A DNA stretch of 64,000 nucleotides from Candidatus Limnocylindrales bacterium (GTDB taxonomy: Bacteria; Chloroflexota; Limnocylindria; Limnocylindrales; CSP1-4). Under the pieces are notes generated by a model. The model saw nothing but the letters and a program-made list of their open reading frames with translations, was not told where the DNA came from and ran no database searches. Of the stretch, positions 28,696-38,027 are shown piece by piece. The stretch covers positions 613 through 64,612 of the forward strand of contig DASSHB010000039.1 in NCBI GenBank assembly GCA_035693125.1, written 5' to 3'. Within the stretch, counting starts at the first letter, position 1, and each line of letters opens with the position of its first letter. A program made the position numbers and the translations under genes.

Positions 28696-28787
28696 GGACC
28701 CCGTCGCGGCTCGCAACCGCAACATCGGGACAGCGCGAGCGTCGTACGCTTCGACCGAGGGCACGTCCGGGGGGAGGGAGGGGACCG

Positions 28788-30113
28788 GTGACCGATCGTT
28801 CCGGTGCGAGCGGCAGCTCGCCGAGCACGCGCCCGACCGCCGCACTGCCGACCTCCGCGCTCGTGCGGATCTCCCTGTTCTGGCTCGGCCTGACCTCGAT
28901 CGACGCGGTCGTCAACGCGGCCGTCCAGTCGCGGATCAAGTTCGAGCACCTGGTCGAACCCGGGACCGAGGGCAGCTCGCTCGCGCTCGTCGCCGTGCTG
29001 ACCTTCGTCTTCAGCGTCGCGATCCAGCCGACCGTCGGCTCGATCTCGGACTACGCCTCGACGCGTTGGGGCCGGCGCAAGCCGTTCATCGTCGGCGGCG
29101 CCCTGTTCGACGCCCTGTTCCTGGTCGGGATCGCGACGGCCAACTCGCTCCTGGCGATCGCCGCCTTCGCGACCCTGCTCGCGCTCTCCACGAACGTCGC
29201 CCGAGGGCCGTTCCAGGGCTACGTCCCGGATCTCGTGCCCGACCGCCAGGTCGGCCTCGCCAGCTCGATGGTCGGGCTCATGCAGGTGCTCGGCAATGTC
29301 GTGGGCTTCGCGCTCGCCTCGCTGGCCGACATCCAGGGCAACGTCGGCCTCGCGATCATCGCCGTCGCCTGCGTCGAGCTCGTCACGATGGCCTCGGTGG
29401 TCCTCCGCGTGCCGAACGGACCCCCGGCCAAGCCGCGCGAGGGCCGGTCATGGGTCGCGATCGCGGCCGAGACGTGGGGAACCGACATCCTCCGCGAGAC
29501 CAGCTACCTGTGGCTCCTCGCTTCGAGGCTGTTCATCCTCATGGGTGGGGCGGCCGTCCTGAACTTCGTGAAGCTCTACCTGGCCGACGTCCACGGCCTC
29601 GATCAGGCGGGGACCGGCGCCGCGTTCCTGAACATGCTCGTCGCCGCGACCGTCGTCAGCCTCCTGGCGATCGTTCCCGCCTCGCGCCTGTCGGATCGGT
29701 TCGGGCGCAAGCCGGTGATCTACGTCTGCACCGGGTTCGGCATCGCGGGCGTGGGCCTGATCGCCGCGGCCCCCGATCTGACCGTCGCGACGCTCGGGGC
29801 CGCGCTGTTCGGTGCCTCGCAGGGAACATTCCTCGCCGTCGATTGGGCGCTGATGACCGACATCATCCCGAAGGCCGCGTCCGGTCGGTACATGGGGCTC
29901 TCGAACGTCGTGACGGCCTCGTCGACCACGATCGCCGTCGCGATCGGCGGCCTCGTCATCGACGCGCTGAACCGCTCCGCGGGGATCGGCACGGGCGAGC
30001 GCGTCGAGCTGACGCTCGGCGTCCTCTACTTCGCGATCGGCGCCGTGGCCCTAGTCCGCGTCCACGAGCCGGACCGGCGCCGGCTGCGCGTGGATGCCGC
30101 CACGGCCGCGTAG
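28788..30113 (+). CDS. MFS transporter
   Basis: The ORF at 28035..30113 carries a low-complexity Arg/Pro N-terminal half that overlaps the GATase gene. The in-frame GTG at 28788 is preceded by GGGGAGGGAGGGG (strong RBS) and yields 441 aa with ~12 TM segments ('RISLFWLGLTSIDAVVNAAVQSRIKFEHLV...'). Confidence 0.7.
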   Translation: MTDRSGASGSSPSTRPTAALPTSALVRISLFWLGLTSIDAVVNAAVQSRIKFEHLVEPGTEGSSLALVAVLTFVFSVAIQPTVGSISDYASTRWGRRKPFIVGGALFDALFLVGIATANSLLAIAAFATLLALSTNVARGPFQGYVPDLVPDRQVGLASSMVGLMQVLGNVVGFALASLADIQGNVGLAIIAVACVELVTMASVVLRVPNGPPAKPREGRSWVAIAAETWGTDILRETSYLWLLASRLFILMGGAAVLNFVKLYLADVHGLDQAGTGAAFLNMLVAATVVSLLAIVPASRLSDRFGRKPVIYVCTGFGIAGVGLIAAAPDLTVATLGAALFGASQGTFLAVDWALMTDIIPKAASGRYMGLSNVVTASSTTIAVAIGGLVIDALNRSAGIGTGERVELTLGVLYFAIGAVALVRVHEPDRRRLRVDAATAA

Positions 30114-30116
30114 TCG

Positions 30117-31109
30117 CTAGTCCGGATCCGCGGCGGCCCCGGCCGAGCCGGCGGTGGGCGGATCGGTGGGGACGGTCCTCCGGCGGTCGTCCGGCGAGCC
30201 GTGCGGCAGCCCCAGCCACGTCCGTGCGCGGCGGATCCGCGAGCGGCGCTCGCGCCGCCACCGCTCGAGCAGTGAGCGCCAGGTCCGCGGTCGGAGCGAG
30301 GCGAACGGATCGGGCTGGCGCCAGAGGACCGGGACGAGCGCCCACAGGAACACGATGTAGTCGAGCCGGAGGGGCCGCCGCCCGAAGCCGAAGAGGGCGG
30401 TCAGCTGGGCGATCGTGCCGGGCAGGGTCGCCAGGCTGAGGGCGATCGACGCGACGAGGAACCCGAGCCCCCACAGCCGGGCCCGCGGCCGGAGGACGAT
30501 CATGAACACGATCGGGACCCACTTCATCCAGCTCGCGATCGCCCACAACGCGCCGGCCAGGATCGGGCCGCTGAACTGGGCGCCCCACAGGAGGAGCGCC
30601 AGGAGCAGGTTGATGTTGCCCGTGTCCAGGTTGGCCCCGAACGGGAAGCCCAGGAGCGCCACGGTGATCGCGGTCGCCAGCGGCCGGCGGCTGTAGGCCC
30701 AGTGGATCGTCCAGAGCAGGCCCAGGATCGTCCCGCCGCGCCAGACGAACCACGCCACGTCCCACGGCATCAGCGCCCAGGGCGCGAACAAGGGGAGCAT
30801 CCACGGCGCGTAGACGTACGGCAGGAACGGCCCCGTGGGCCGGTACGGATCGCCGCCGCCGAGCCAGATCCGGACCGCGGCCCAATAGGCGCGGGCGTCG
30901 GCCCCGGCCGGCTCGCCGCGGGCGACGAGCCCGGCGGCGATGCAGCCGAACGTGATGATCAACAGGGTCATCGCCAGGATCCGGCGCCGGTCCCGAATGC
31001 GGCTGACCTCCTGACGGAGGGCGCGCCGGATCACCGCGTAGCGCCGCCGGTGCGGACTGCCTGACACGTGCGGTGCGACCCCTCGGCTCGCCGCGTCACT
31101 GGTGGTCAT
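30117..31109 (-). CDS. polytopic membrane protein, possibly DUF2029/GT87-like (glycosyltransferase-C fold)
   Basis: Multiple Trp/Leu-rich TM helices ('LLIITFGCIAAGLVA', 'WMLPLFAPWALMPWDVAWFVWRGG', 'NINLLLALLLWGAQF') and a basic C-terminal tail. Family assignment is weak. The start could also be the internal MTLLIITFG. Confidence 0.4.
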   Translation of the reverse strand: MTTSDAASRGVAPHVSGSPHRRRYAVIRRALRQEVSRIRDRRRILAMTLLIITFGCIAAGLVARGEPAGADARAYWAAVRIWLGGGDPYRPTGPFLPYVYAPWMLPLFAPWALMPWDVAWFVWRGGTILGLLWTIHWAYSRRPLATAITVALLGFPFGANLDTGNINLLLALLLWGAQFSGPILAGALWAIASWMKWVPIVFMIVLRPRARLWGLGFLVASIALSLATLPGTIAQLTALFGFGRRPLRLDYIVFLWALVPVLWRQPDPFASLRPRTWRSLLERWRRERRSRIRRARTWLGLPHGSPDDRRRTVPTDPPTAGSAGAAADPD

Positions 31110-31335
31110 CGGGCGTCATTCTCGCACCGGGCCGGGTCGTTTCCGTTCGCCACGGCGATGTCGCTCGCCTCGCGCAGGATCGGTTCGCCGCGGGACGCCA
31201 CGCGACGAACGCCCGCGGGTCGCCGTCGTCGAACCGGGGTGATCGCCGCCGGACGGCCCCGGAGCGGCGCCGGTGCGGCTCGGCGCCCGGAGCGCACGCT
31301 ATCCTTCCCGGGATCAAGCGAGGGAGCGCGCGTCC

Positions 31336-32172
31336 GTGACTGACGGGACCGTCATCATCATCGGCGGGGCCGAGGACAAGGTCCGGGATCGGGTGATCCT
31401 GAACCGGTTCGTCTCGCTGGCTGGCGGACGCGACGCGACGATCGTCGTGATCTCGACGGCGTCGTCAATGGGCACCGAGGCCGGCGAGCGCTACCGCCAG
31501 ATCTTCACGGATCTCGGCGTCACGACGGTCCGGCCGCTCCACGCGGCGACCCGGCCCCAGGCGAACGACGAGAGCGTCGCCTTTGCCCTGCGTGACGCGA
31601 CCGGCGTCTTCCTGACCGGCGGCAATCAGCTGAAGCTTGCCTCGCAGGTCGGCGGGACGCGGCTGGCGGATGCGATGCTCGAGCGGTTCCGACACGGAGC
31701 GGTCATGGCGGGGACCTCCGCCGGCGCGTCGGCGATGTCGAGTCACATGATCGCGTTCGGGGCGTCGGGAGCCACGCCGAAGCACCGGATGGCCCAGATC
31801 GCGGCCGGCCTCGGGATGCTCCCGGGCGTCATCGTCGACCAGCACTTCCAGCAGCGGAACCGGCTGGGCCGGCTGCTTTCGCTGATCGCCCAGAACCCAT
31901 CGCTGCTGGGGCTGGGCGTGGACGAGGACACGGCCGGCGTCGTGGGTCCGGATCACGTGATGGAGGTCATCGGGCGTGGCTCGATCACGGTTGTCGACGG
32001 GTCCGCCTCCGAGACGGACGCCTGGGAGGTTCGCGGCCACAAGCCGCTGATGATCAGCGGCGTCGTGCTCCACTCGCTGCCGAGCGGCTACCGGTTCGAC
32101 CTGCGCCGCCGGCACCGGCTCGCGACGCCGACGCTCCACGCGCTGCCCGGCGGCGAGGCGGCCTCGGGCTGA
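31336..32172 (+). CDS. cphB: cyanophycinase (peptidase S51, CphB)
   Basis: 'VIIIGGAEDKVRDRVILNRF', 'GTSAGASAMSSHMIAFG' (catalytic Ser in GxSAG) and 'VIVDQHFQQRNRLGRLLSLI...LLGLGVDEDTA' align closely with Synechocystis CphB. The GTG at 31336 is preceded by the GAGGGAG RBS. The ORF opens at 31273. Confidence 0.85.
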   Translation: MTDGTVIIIGGAEDKVRDRVILNRFVSLAGGRDATIVVISTASSMGTEAGERYRQIFTDLGVTTVRPLHAATRPQANDESVAFALRDATGVFLTGGNQLKLASQVGGTRLADAMLERFRHGAVMAGTSAGASAMSSHMIAFGASGATPKHRMAQIAAGLGMLPGVIVDQHFQQRNRLGRLLSLIAQNPSLLGLGVDEDTAGVVGPDHVMEVIGRGSITVVDGSASETDAWEVRGHKPLMISGVVLHSLPSGYRFDLRRRHRLATPTLHALPGGEAASG

Positions 32173-32300
32173 GGCGGCGCGACGCCTGCACTGCCGGGCG
32201 TTCCGTGACCGCCGACCGTTCACCGAACGGGGCCGGCCCAGCAGCCCGAGGACGGCGCCCGCTACACTCGGCCGACTGGCACGAGGGGCAGGAGGGAACC

Positions 32301-35234
32301 GTGGCCCGGACCGCACCGCAGCCTCGCGAGAAGAAGGCCGGGTCAGCCGAGCCCGCGGCGACAGGGTCAGCGCCCGGCGCTGCCGCCGGGGCGCCGTTGG
32401 CGGTCGCCAGACCTCGCCGCCGCGCTGCCGACGGTCACGCGAACGGCAGGCGCCCCGAGCCGAGTCTCCGGATCGTCGAGACCCGGATCCTCCGCGGCCC
32501 GAACTACTGGGCTCGCGAGCCGGTCGTCCGGATGGTCGTCGACCTGGGCGTTCTCGAGGAGTTCCCGAGCAACAAGATCCCCGGCTTCACCGATGCCCTC
32601 GTGGGGCTGCTGCCCAGCCTGGAGGATCACGCCTGCTCGCTGGGCCGGCGGGGCGGCTTCATCACGCGGCTCCGCGAAGGGACGTGGGCCGGTCACATCG
32701 CCGAGCACATCGCGCTGGAGCTCCAGAACCTCGCCGGCACCGACGTCCGCCACGGCAAGACCCGCGGGACCGGCGAGACGGGCCGCTACAACGTGATCTA
32801 CGAGTTCCGCGAGGAGACCGTGGGGGTCGAGGCGGGCAAGATCGCGGTGGCCCTCGTCAACCATCTCGTCGCCCCGGACGACGAGGCCATGAACCTGGAC
32901 TTCATGGCCGAGCTGGAGCGCTTGATCCGGCTCGCGGAGCGGGCCGCGTTCGGCCCGAGCACCCAGGCGATCCTCGACGAGGCGGCCTCGCGCGACATCC
33001 CGTACATCCGGCTCGATCGCCATTCGCTCGTCCAGCTCGGACAGGGCGTTCACCAGCAGCGGATCCGGGCCACGATGACCTCGAAGACGTCGGGGATCGC
33101 GGTCGACATCGCGAGCGACAAGAGCCTGACGAACCGGCTCCTCGACTCGGCCGGCCTCCCGGTTCCCAAGAGCGCGGTCACCGACACCGAGGAGGACACG
33201 GTCGCTGCGGCGATCCGGATCGGCTTCCCGTGCGTGGTCAAGCCGCTCGATGGCAACCACGGCCGCGGCGTCCATCTCGACCTGCGCTCGGAGGAGGCGG
33301 TCCGGGCCGCCTTCCACGGGGCGCGCCGCGAGAGCCGGAGCGGCGATCTCGTCGTCGAGAGCTACGTCGCGGGCAACGACTACCGCTGTCTCGTGATCGG
33401 CGGCAAGGTCGCGGCGATCGCCGAGCGGGTCCCGGCCAGCGTGACCGGCGACGGCGAGCACACGATCCGCCAGCTCGTGGACGTGGCGAACGCGGATCCT
33501 CGTCGCGGAATCGGCCACGAGAAGGTCCTGACCCGGATCAAGGTCGACGCGGCCGCCGAGGAGCTCGTCCGCGAGCAGGGCTGGGGGCTGGACGACACGC
33601 CGCCCCCTGGCACGTTCGTGAAGCTCGCCCTGACCGGCAACATGTCGACGGGCGGAACGTCGATCGACCGGACGATCGAGGCCCACCCCGACAACGTCGA
33701 GATCGCCGAGACGGCCGCCCAGATCGTGGGCCTGGACATCGCCGGGATCGACTTCATCTGCCCCGATATCGCGACGCCCGTCCGGGAGACCGGCGGCGCG
33801 ATCGTCGAGGTCAACGCGGCGCCGGGCTTCCGGATGCACACCCACCCGACCGAGGGCGAGCCGCAGTACGTCGCCCGGCCGGTGATCGACGGCCTGTTCC
33901 CGCCGGGGTCCGGGGCCCGGATCCCGATCATCGCGGTGACCGGCACGAACGGGAAGACGACCACGGTCCGGATGATCGCCCACATCCTGAAGCTCAAGGG
34001 TCGGCGCGTCGGGATGACCTCGACGGATGGGATCGTCATCGACGGACGGCTGATCAAGAAGGGCGACATGTCAGGGCCCAGGTCGGCCCAGATGGTCCTC
34101 CAGAACCCGACCGTGGACACCGCGGTGTTCGAAGTCGCCCGGGGCGGGATCCTGCGCGAGGGCCTGGGGTACGACCGCAACGACGTGGCGGTCGTCACGA
34201 ACGTCACCGGCGACCATCTCGGCATCGGCGGGATCAACACGATCGGCCAGCTGGCGAACGTCAAGGCCGTGATCGTGGAGTCCGTGCCGCGCTCCGGGAC
34301 GGCGGTCCTCAACGCCGACGACGGTCACGTCTACCGGATGGGCCGGCACTGCGCCGGGAAGGTCGTCCTGTTCAGCATGTCGACCCAGAAGGGCGAGGAC
34401 GGCTACGACCGGGTCGACGGCCACACGTCGCGAGGCAACGCGGCGTTCGTCCTCCAGCCCGGTCCCGAGGGCGAGCTGATCGTGCTCCGCCACGGCCCGC
34501 GCACGATGCCGGTCCTGTACACCCACCTGATCCCGGCGACGTTCGGCGGGCGGGCCCGGATGAACGTGGCGAACGCGCTGGCGGCGGCGGCCGCGGCCTG
34601 GGCGGCGGGAGCCCACCTCCACGACATCCGCCAAGGGCTCCGCACCTTCTCCACGTCGTTCTTCCAGGCGCCGGGCCGGCTGAACCTCCTGGACGTGGGC
34701 GGGATCCGGGTCGTCATCGACTACTGCCACAACGTCGACGGGATGCGCCAGCTCGCCGACTTCGTGGACCGGATGATGACCGAGCCGCAGTCCAGGGCGG
34801 GCCGGATCGGACCCTCGACGAACGGCCACGCCCGGAGCGGGCGGGCGATCGGCGTGATCGGCATCCCCGGCGACCGGCGCGACGAGGACCAGCACGAGTA
34901 CGGCGCGATCGCGGCGCGCTCGTTCGACGAGATCATCGTGCGCGAGGACAAGAACCTCCGTGGCCGGGCGCCCGGCGTCTCGGCCGGGAACGTGATCGAA
35001 GGGGTGCGCGCGGCCCGGGCGGGTGGCGGCGCGCGAGCCCTCAAGGCCGAGAAGATCCTCGATGAGATCACCGCCGTCCGGGCCGCCCTCCGCCGAGCCG
35101 CGCCGGGCGACCTCGTCGTGTGCTGCGTCGACGAGGCGATCGCGGTCTACCGCGAGGCGATGGCGGCGGCTGGATCCGCGCGCGGCGCCACGGCGTTCGC
35201 CGACCCGGGCGAGCTCGAGGCCCCCGAAGGCTGA
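32301..35234 (+). CDS. cphA: cyanophycin synthetase CphA (L-aspartate- and L-arginine-adding), full N + ATP-grasp (G) + Mur-ligase-like (M) architecture
   Basis: N-domain 'LRIVETRILRGPNYWAREPVVRMVVDLGVLEEFPSNKIPGF'. ATP-grasp 'GFPCVVKPLDGNHGRGVHLDL...VVESYVAGNDYRCLVIGGKVAAIAERVPASVTGDGEHTIRQL'. M-domain P-loop 'IIAVTGTNGKTTTVRM' and 'VVTNVTGDHLG'. The six-frame ORF starts at 32205. The GTG at 32301 has a GGAGGG RBS. Either way there is a 55-87-aa Ala/Pro/Gly-rich N-terminal extension before the conserved N domain, so the start is uncertain. Confidence 0.85.
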   Translation: MARTAPQPREKKAGSAEPAATGSAPGAAAGAPLAVARPRRRAADGHANGRRPEPSLRIVETRILRGPNYWAREPVVRMVVDLGVLEEFPSNKIPGFTDALVGLLPSLEDHACSLGRRGGFITRLREGTWAGHIAEHIALELQNLAGTDVRHGKTRGTGETGRYNVIYEFREETVGVEAGKIAVALVNHLVAPDDEAMNLDFMAELERLIRLAERAAFGPSTQAILDEAASRDIPYIRLDRHSLVQLGQGVHQQRIRATMTSKTSGIAVDIASDKSLTNRLLDSAGLPVPKSAVTDTEEDTVAAAIRIGFPCVVKPLDGNHGRGVHLDLRSEEAVRAAFHGARRESRSGDLVVESYVAGNDYRCLVIGGKVAAIAERVPASVTGDGEHTIRQLVDVANADPRRGIGHEKVLTRIKVDAAAEELVREQGWGLDDTPPPGTFVKLALTGNMSTGGTSIDRTIEAHPDNVEIAETAAQIVGLDIAGIDFICPDIATPVRETGGAIVEVNAAPGFRMHTHPTEGEPQYVARPVIDGLFPPGSGARIPIIAVTGTNGKTTTVRMIAHILKLKGRRVGMTSTDGIVIDGRLIKKGDMSGPRSAQMVLQNPTVDTAVFEVARGGILREGLGYDRNDVAVVTNVTGDHLGIGGINTIGQLANVKAVIVESVPRSGTAVLNADDGHVYRMGRHCAGKVVLFSMSTQKGEDGYDRVDGHTSRGNAAFVLQPGPEGELIVLRHGPRTMPVLYTHLIPATFGGRARMNVANALAAAAAAWAAGAHLHDIRQGLRTFSTSFFQAPGRLNLLDVGGIRVVIDYCHNVDGMRQLADFVDRMMTEPQSRAGRIGPSTNGHARSGRAIGVIGIPGDRRDEDQHEYGAIAARSFDEIIVREDKNLRGRAPGVSAGNVIEGVRAARAGGGARALKAEKILDEITAVRAALRRAAPGDLVVCCVDEAIAVYREAMAAAGSARGATAFADPGELEAPEG

Positions 35235-35244
35235 CCATCCCGTG

Positions 35245-35955
35245 ATGCCTCGCCCCTGGCTGATCCGGATGCGTTGGCTCGACCTGTTGTTCGCCCACTG
35301 GCCCGTCGACCCGGCCCCGCTGGAGCGGCTGATCCCGCCCCAGCTGGAGCTCGACCGGTTCGAGGACCAGGCTTGGCTGGGCATCGTGCCGTTCACGATG
35401 GACGACGTCGCGCCACGCGGTGTGCCGGCGCCGGGCCGCTTCGCGACGTTCCCCGAGCTCAATGTCCGGACCTATGTCCGGCGCCGGGATCGGCCCGCGG
35501 ATCGCGGAGTCTGGTTCCTCAGCCTGGACGCGGCGTCGTGGTCGACGGTGTGGGGCTCGCGGCTCATCTTCCACCTGCCCTACGTCCACGCCCGGATGTC
35601 GTCGCGACGTGACGGCGACGACGTGCTCTACCGATCGGACCGGGACGATGGGCGATGGCCGCCAGTTCGATTCGCAGCACGCTACCGGTCGACGGGGCCG
35701 CCGGCCCTTGCCGAACCGGGGACCTTCGACGAATGGGCGACGAACCGCCTCCGCCTGTTCTCGGTCGACTCGCGCCGGCGGCTCATCCACGGCGACATCG
35801 CCCACACCGCCTGGCCGCTGGAACCCGCGGAGGCCGAGCTCGACGCGGCCGAGCTGGCCGCCTCGCACGGGATCACCTTCCCGGGCTTCGCGCCGCGGCT
35901 CCGGTTCGCTCGCCGCCTCGACGTCCGCGGCTGGCTGCCCGTCCGCTCTCGGTAG
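35245..35955 (+). CDS. DUF2071 (YqjF-family) protein
   Basis: 'WLDLLFAHWPVDPAPLERLIPPQLELDRFEDQAWLGIVPFTMDDV' is the DUF2071 N-terminal signature. The start is 10 bp after the cphA stop, so it is probably co-transcribed. Confidence 0.6.
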   Translation: MPRPWLIRMRWLDLLFAHWPVDPAPLERLIPPQLELDRFEDQAWLGIVPFTMDDVAPRGVPAPGRFATFPELNVRTYVRRRDRPADRGVWFLSLDAASWSTVWGSRLIFHLPYVHARMSSRRDGDDVLYRSDRDDGRWPPVRFAARYRSTGPPALAEPGTFDEWATNRLRLFSVDSRRRLIHGDIAHTAWPLEPAEAELDAAELAASHGITFPGFAPRLRFARRLDVRGWLPVRSR

Positions 35956-36142
35956 CGGATCGTCGGACCGCCACCAGCGTTATTCCTGGCGTTCACGGTG
36001 CCCGATGGACGATTTGTCCGCCGGATTCGCTTGCACTCGCGTCGATCCAGCGCCGTCAGTGCTAGATCGTCCCCAACGAGCAGCGGATCAGTGCCAATAA
36101 CGCTGACAGCGGTACGCGACGGTCGTCGGAGGATGCGGCCAG

Positions 36143-37927
36143 CTACGCCCGGCGCGGCCGCTCCTGGAGCCGTGGAATCAGCGTCGTCAGCTCGCTGCCG
36201 ACGTCCACCGGACGAGCGCCGAGATCGGCCAAGAGCATGAAGACCTCCTCCCGCTCCTCGTGGCACATCAGGACGATCACCCGGGGCGCGTCGGGCTTCG
36301 CCGCGCCGTCGGCCCGGGCCAGCTCGCCGCGGAGCGCGTCCGTCTCCGAGTCGTACACGGTCACGTCGGCCGTCGATCGTCGAGCCGACGCGATCCCGGC
36401 CAGGATCTCGCCGATCACCGACTCCCGGCTGCGGCCGCGGAGGTACTTCTGCGTCTCCTTGATCGCGACCCGCTGCGCCCGCTGGCCCGCGATCCGGCCG
36501 ATCCCACGGAGGGTGTCGTCCGGCCGATCGCCCGCGGTCCCGATGATCGCCGTGACCGGTGCCGCGCGGCCCGCCGCCCCGCCCGCGATCCCCTCGGCCA
36601 CGTCGAGGACGGCGTTGACCCCGGCCTCGTTGTGGGCGAAGTCGACGATGACGATCCGGGCGCCCAGGCGGAACAGGTTCAGCCGGCCCGGTGAGCGCTC
36701 GGACGAGGGCTGGAAGTCGGCCAGGCCGTCGCGGAGATCGGCGAGCGTCACGCCGAGCCCGCGGGCCGCGCCCGCGGCGGCCAACGCGTTCGCGACGTTG
36801 TGCCGAGCCAGGCCGCCCAGCGTGATCGGCACCCGCTCGACTTCGACGATCCGGTGCTCGACCGGTTCGCCGTCGCGCTCGGCCGCGGCGGAGTGGCCGT
36901 CGATCTCGATCAGCCAGCCGTCGCGGAGGACGTAGCCGCGCCCGCCGCCTGCCACGGCCCGCCGGACGTTCGCGGCGCCACCGGTCCCACCGATCGAGAA
37001 CATCGCGACGTTCGCCCGGACCCGCCGGGAGATCCCGGCAACGAGGGGGTCGTCCCCGTTGAGAACCGCCCAGCCACCTTCGCGGGTGGCCCGCGCGACG
37101 GTCGACTTCACCTCGGCCAGCTCGGGCAGCGTGTGGATCCCCTGGAGGTCCAGGTGATCCGAGCTGACGTTCGTGACGACGCTCGCATCATTCGACTCGT
37201 AGCCCATCCCGCGGAGGACGAGTCCGCCCCGCGCGGTCTCGAGGACGCCGACGTCGAGATCCGATCGTTCGAGGACCTGCCAGGCGCCGCCAGGTCCGGT
37301 CCAGTCGCCCGGCTCGACGAGCCGCTCGTCGACGAGGACGCCATCCGAGGTGGTCGTCCCGACGCGCTTCCCGGCCACCTTGAGGATGTGCGTGATCAGA
37401 CGGGTGACGGTGCTCTTGCCGTTCGTGCCGGTGATCGACACGACCGGGATCCGCCGATCCGCGTCGCGGATCCAGGCCGGCGGCGTGGCACGCGCGTCGG
37501 CGATCCGCGCGGACCAGCGGGCGACCAGCCGCTCCTGGCTCCCCGTCAGGCGAGCTCGGCGAACTGATGACACGTCTCGCTCGGTCAGGGCCAGTGACGC
37601 TTCGGCGATCGTCCGCGCCCGTTCGGCGCCGAGCCATGGCGACGTGACGATCCAGTGGCCCGGGTCGGATGAGCGATGGACGTCGACGCCGCCGCTGCCC
37701 TCGCCGTGATCGGTCCGCAGGCGGCGGATCCAGGCGACGAGCTCGGCGATCGGCTGGGGCCAGTCGCGGGCCGGCACGACGGCGCCGAGATGGACGAGGG
37801 CGTGCCGTCCGGGGCTGCGCTGGCCGTACCACGTCCGGCGCCGCCCGATCGCGACCTCGACCTTCACCACCGGCTCGAGCCGGTAGACGTTGGGGCCTTC
37901 CAGGAGACGGATCTCGATCAGGCGCAC
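36143..37927 (-). CDS. cyanophycin-synthetase-like protein lacking the ATP-grasp domain: CphA-type N-terminal domain fused directly to a Mur-ligase-like (M) domain (~594 aa)
   Basis: The six-frame ORF is 1084 aa (to 39397), but its upstream half is antisense to the M20/ridA genes. The in-frame GTG at 37925-37927 gives 'VRLIEIRLLEGPNVYRLEPVVKVEV...', matching the CphA N-domain opening of 'LRGPNYW'. About 170 aa later comes 'VVSITGTNGKSTVTRLITHILKVAGKRVGTTTSDGVLVDERL...VVTNVSSDHLDLQG...LNGDDPLV', which is near-identical in pattern to the M domain of the cphA in this window. No ATP-grasp segment lies between them. The C-terminal region is CphA-like. Confidence 0.65.
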   Translation of the reverse strand: MRLIEIRLLEGPNVYRLEPVVKVEVAIGRRRTWYGQRSPGRHALVHLGAVVPARDWPQPIAELVAWIRRLRTDHGEGSGGVDVHRSSDPGHWIVTSPWLGAERARTIAEASLALTERDVSSVRRARLTGSQERLVARWSARIADARATPPAWIRDADRRIPVVSITGTNGKSTVTRLITHILKVAGKRVGTTTSDGVLVDERLVEPGDWTGPGGAWQVLERSDLDVGVLETARGGLVLRGMGYESNDASVVTNVSSDHLDLQGIHTLPELAEVKSTVARATREGGWAVLNGDDPLVAGISRRVRANVAMFSIGGTGGAANVRRAVAGGGRGYVLRDGWLIEIDGHSAAAERDGEPVEHRIVEVERVPITLGGLARHNVANALAAAGAARGLGVTLADLRDGLADFQPSSERSPGRLNLFRLGARIVIVDFAHNEAGVNAVLDVAEGIAGGAAGRAAPVTAIIGTAGDRPDDTLRGIGRIAGQRAQRVAIKETQKYLRGRSRESVIGEILAGIASARRSTADVTVYDSETDALRGELARADGAAKPDAPRVIVLMCHEEREEVFMLLADLGARPVDVGSELTTLIPRLQERPRRA

Positions 37928-38027
37928 GGTTCGGGGATCGTACTGCGCCGCCTCGCGCCGTTTCGAGGGCTGTCGCGCCTGCGCGACGAACGCCGTCGTC
38001 ACGTGGTGCGCCGATAGACTTTCGGCG

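Noticed and set aside
28035-28787. 5' two-thirds of the 692-aa ORF 28035..30113, overlapping the GATase gene in another frame.
   Set aside because: Its product is Arg/Pro/Gly-rich with no TM segments. The MFS transporter it leads into begins at the GTG at 28788, which has a strong GGGAGG RBS.
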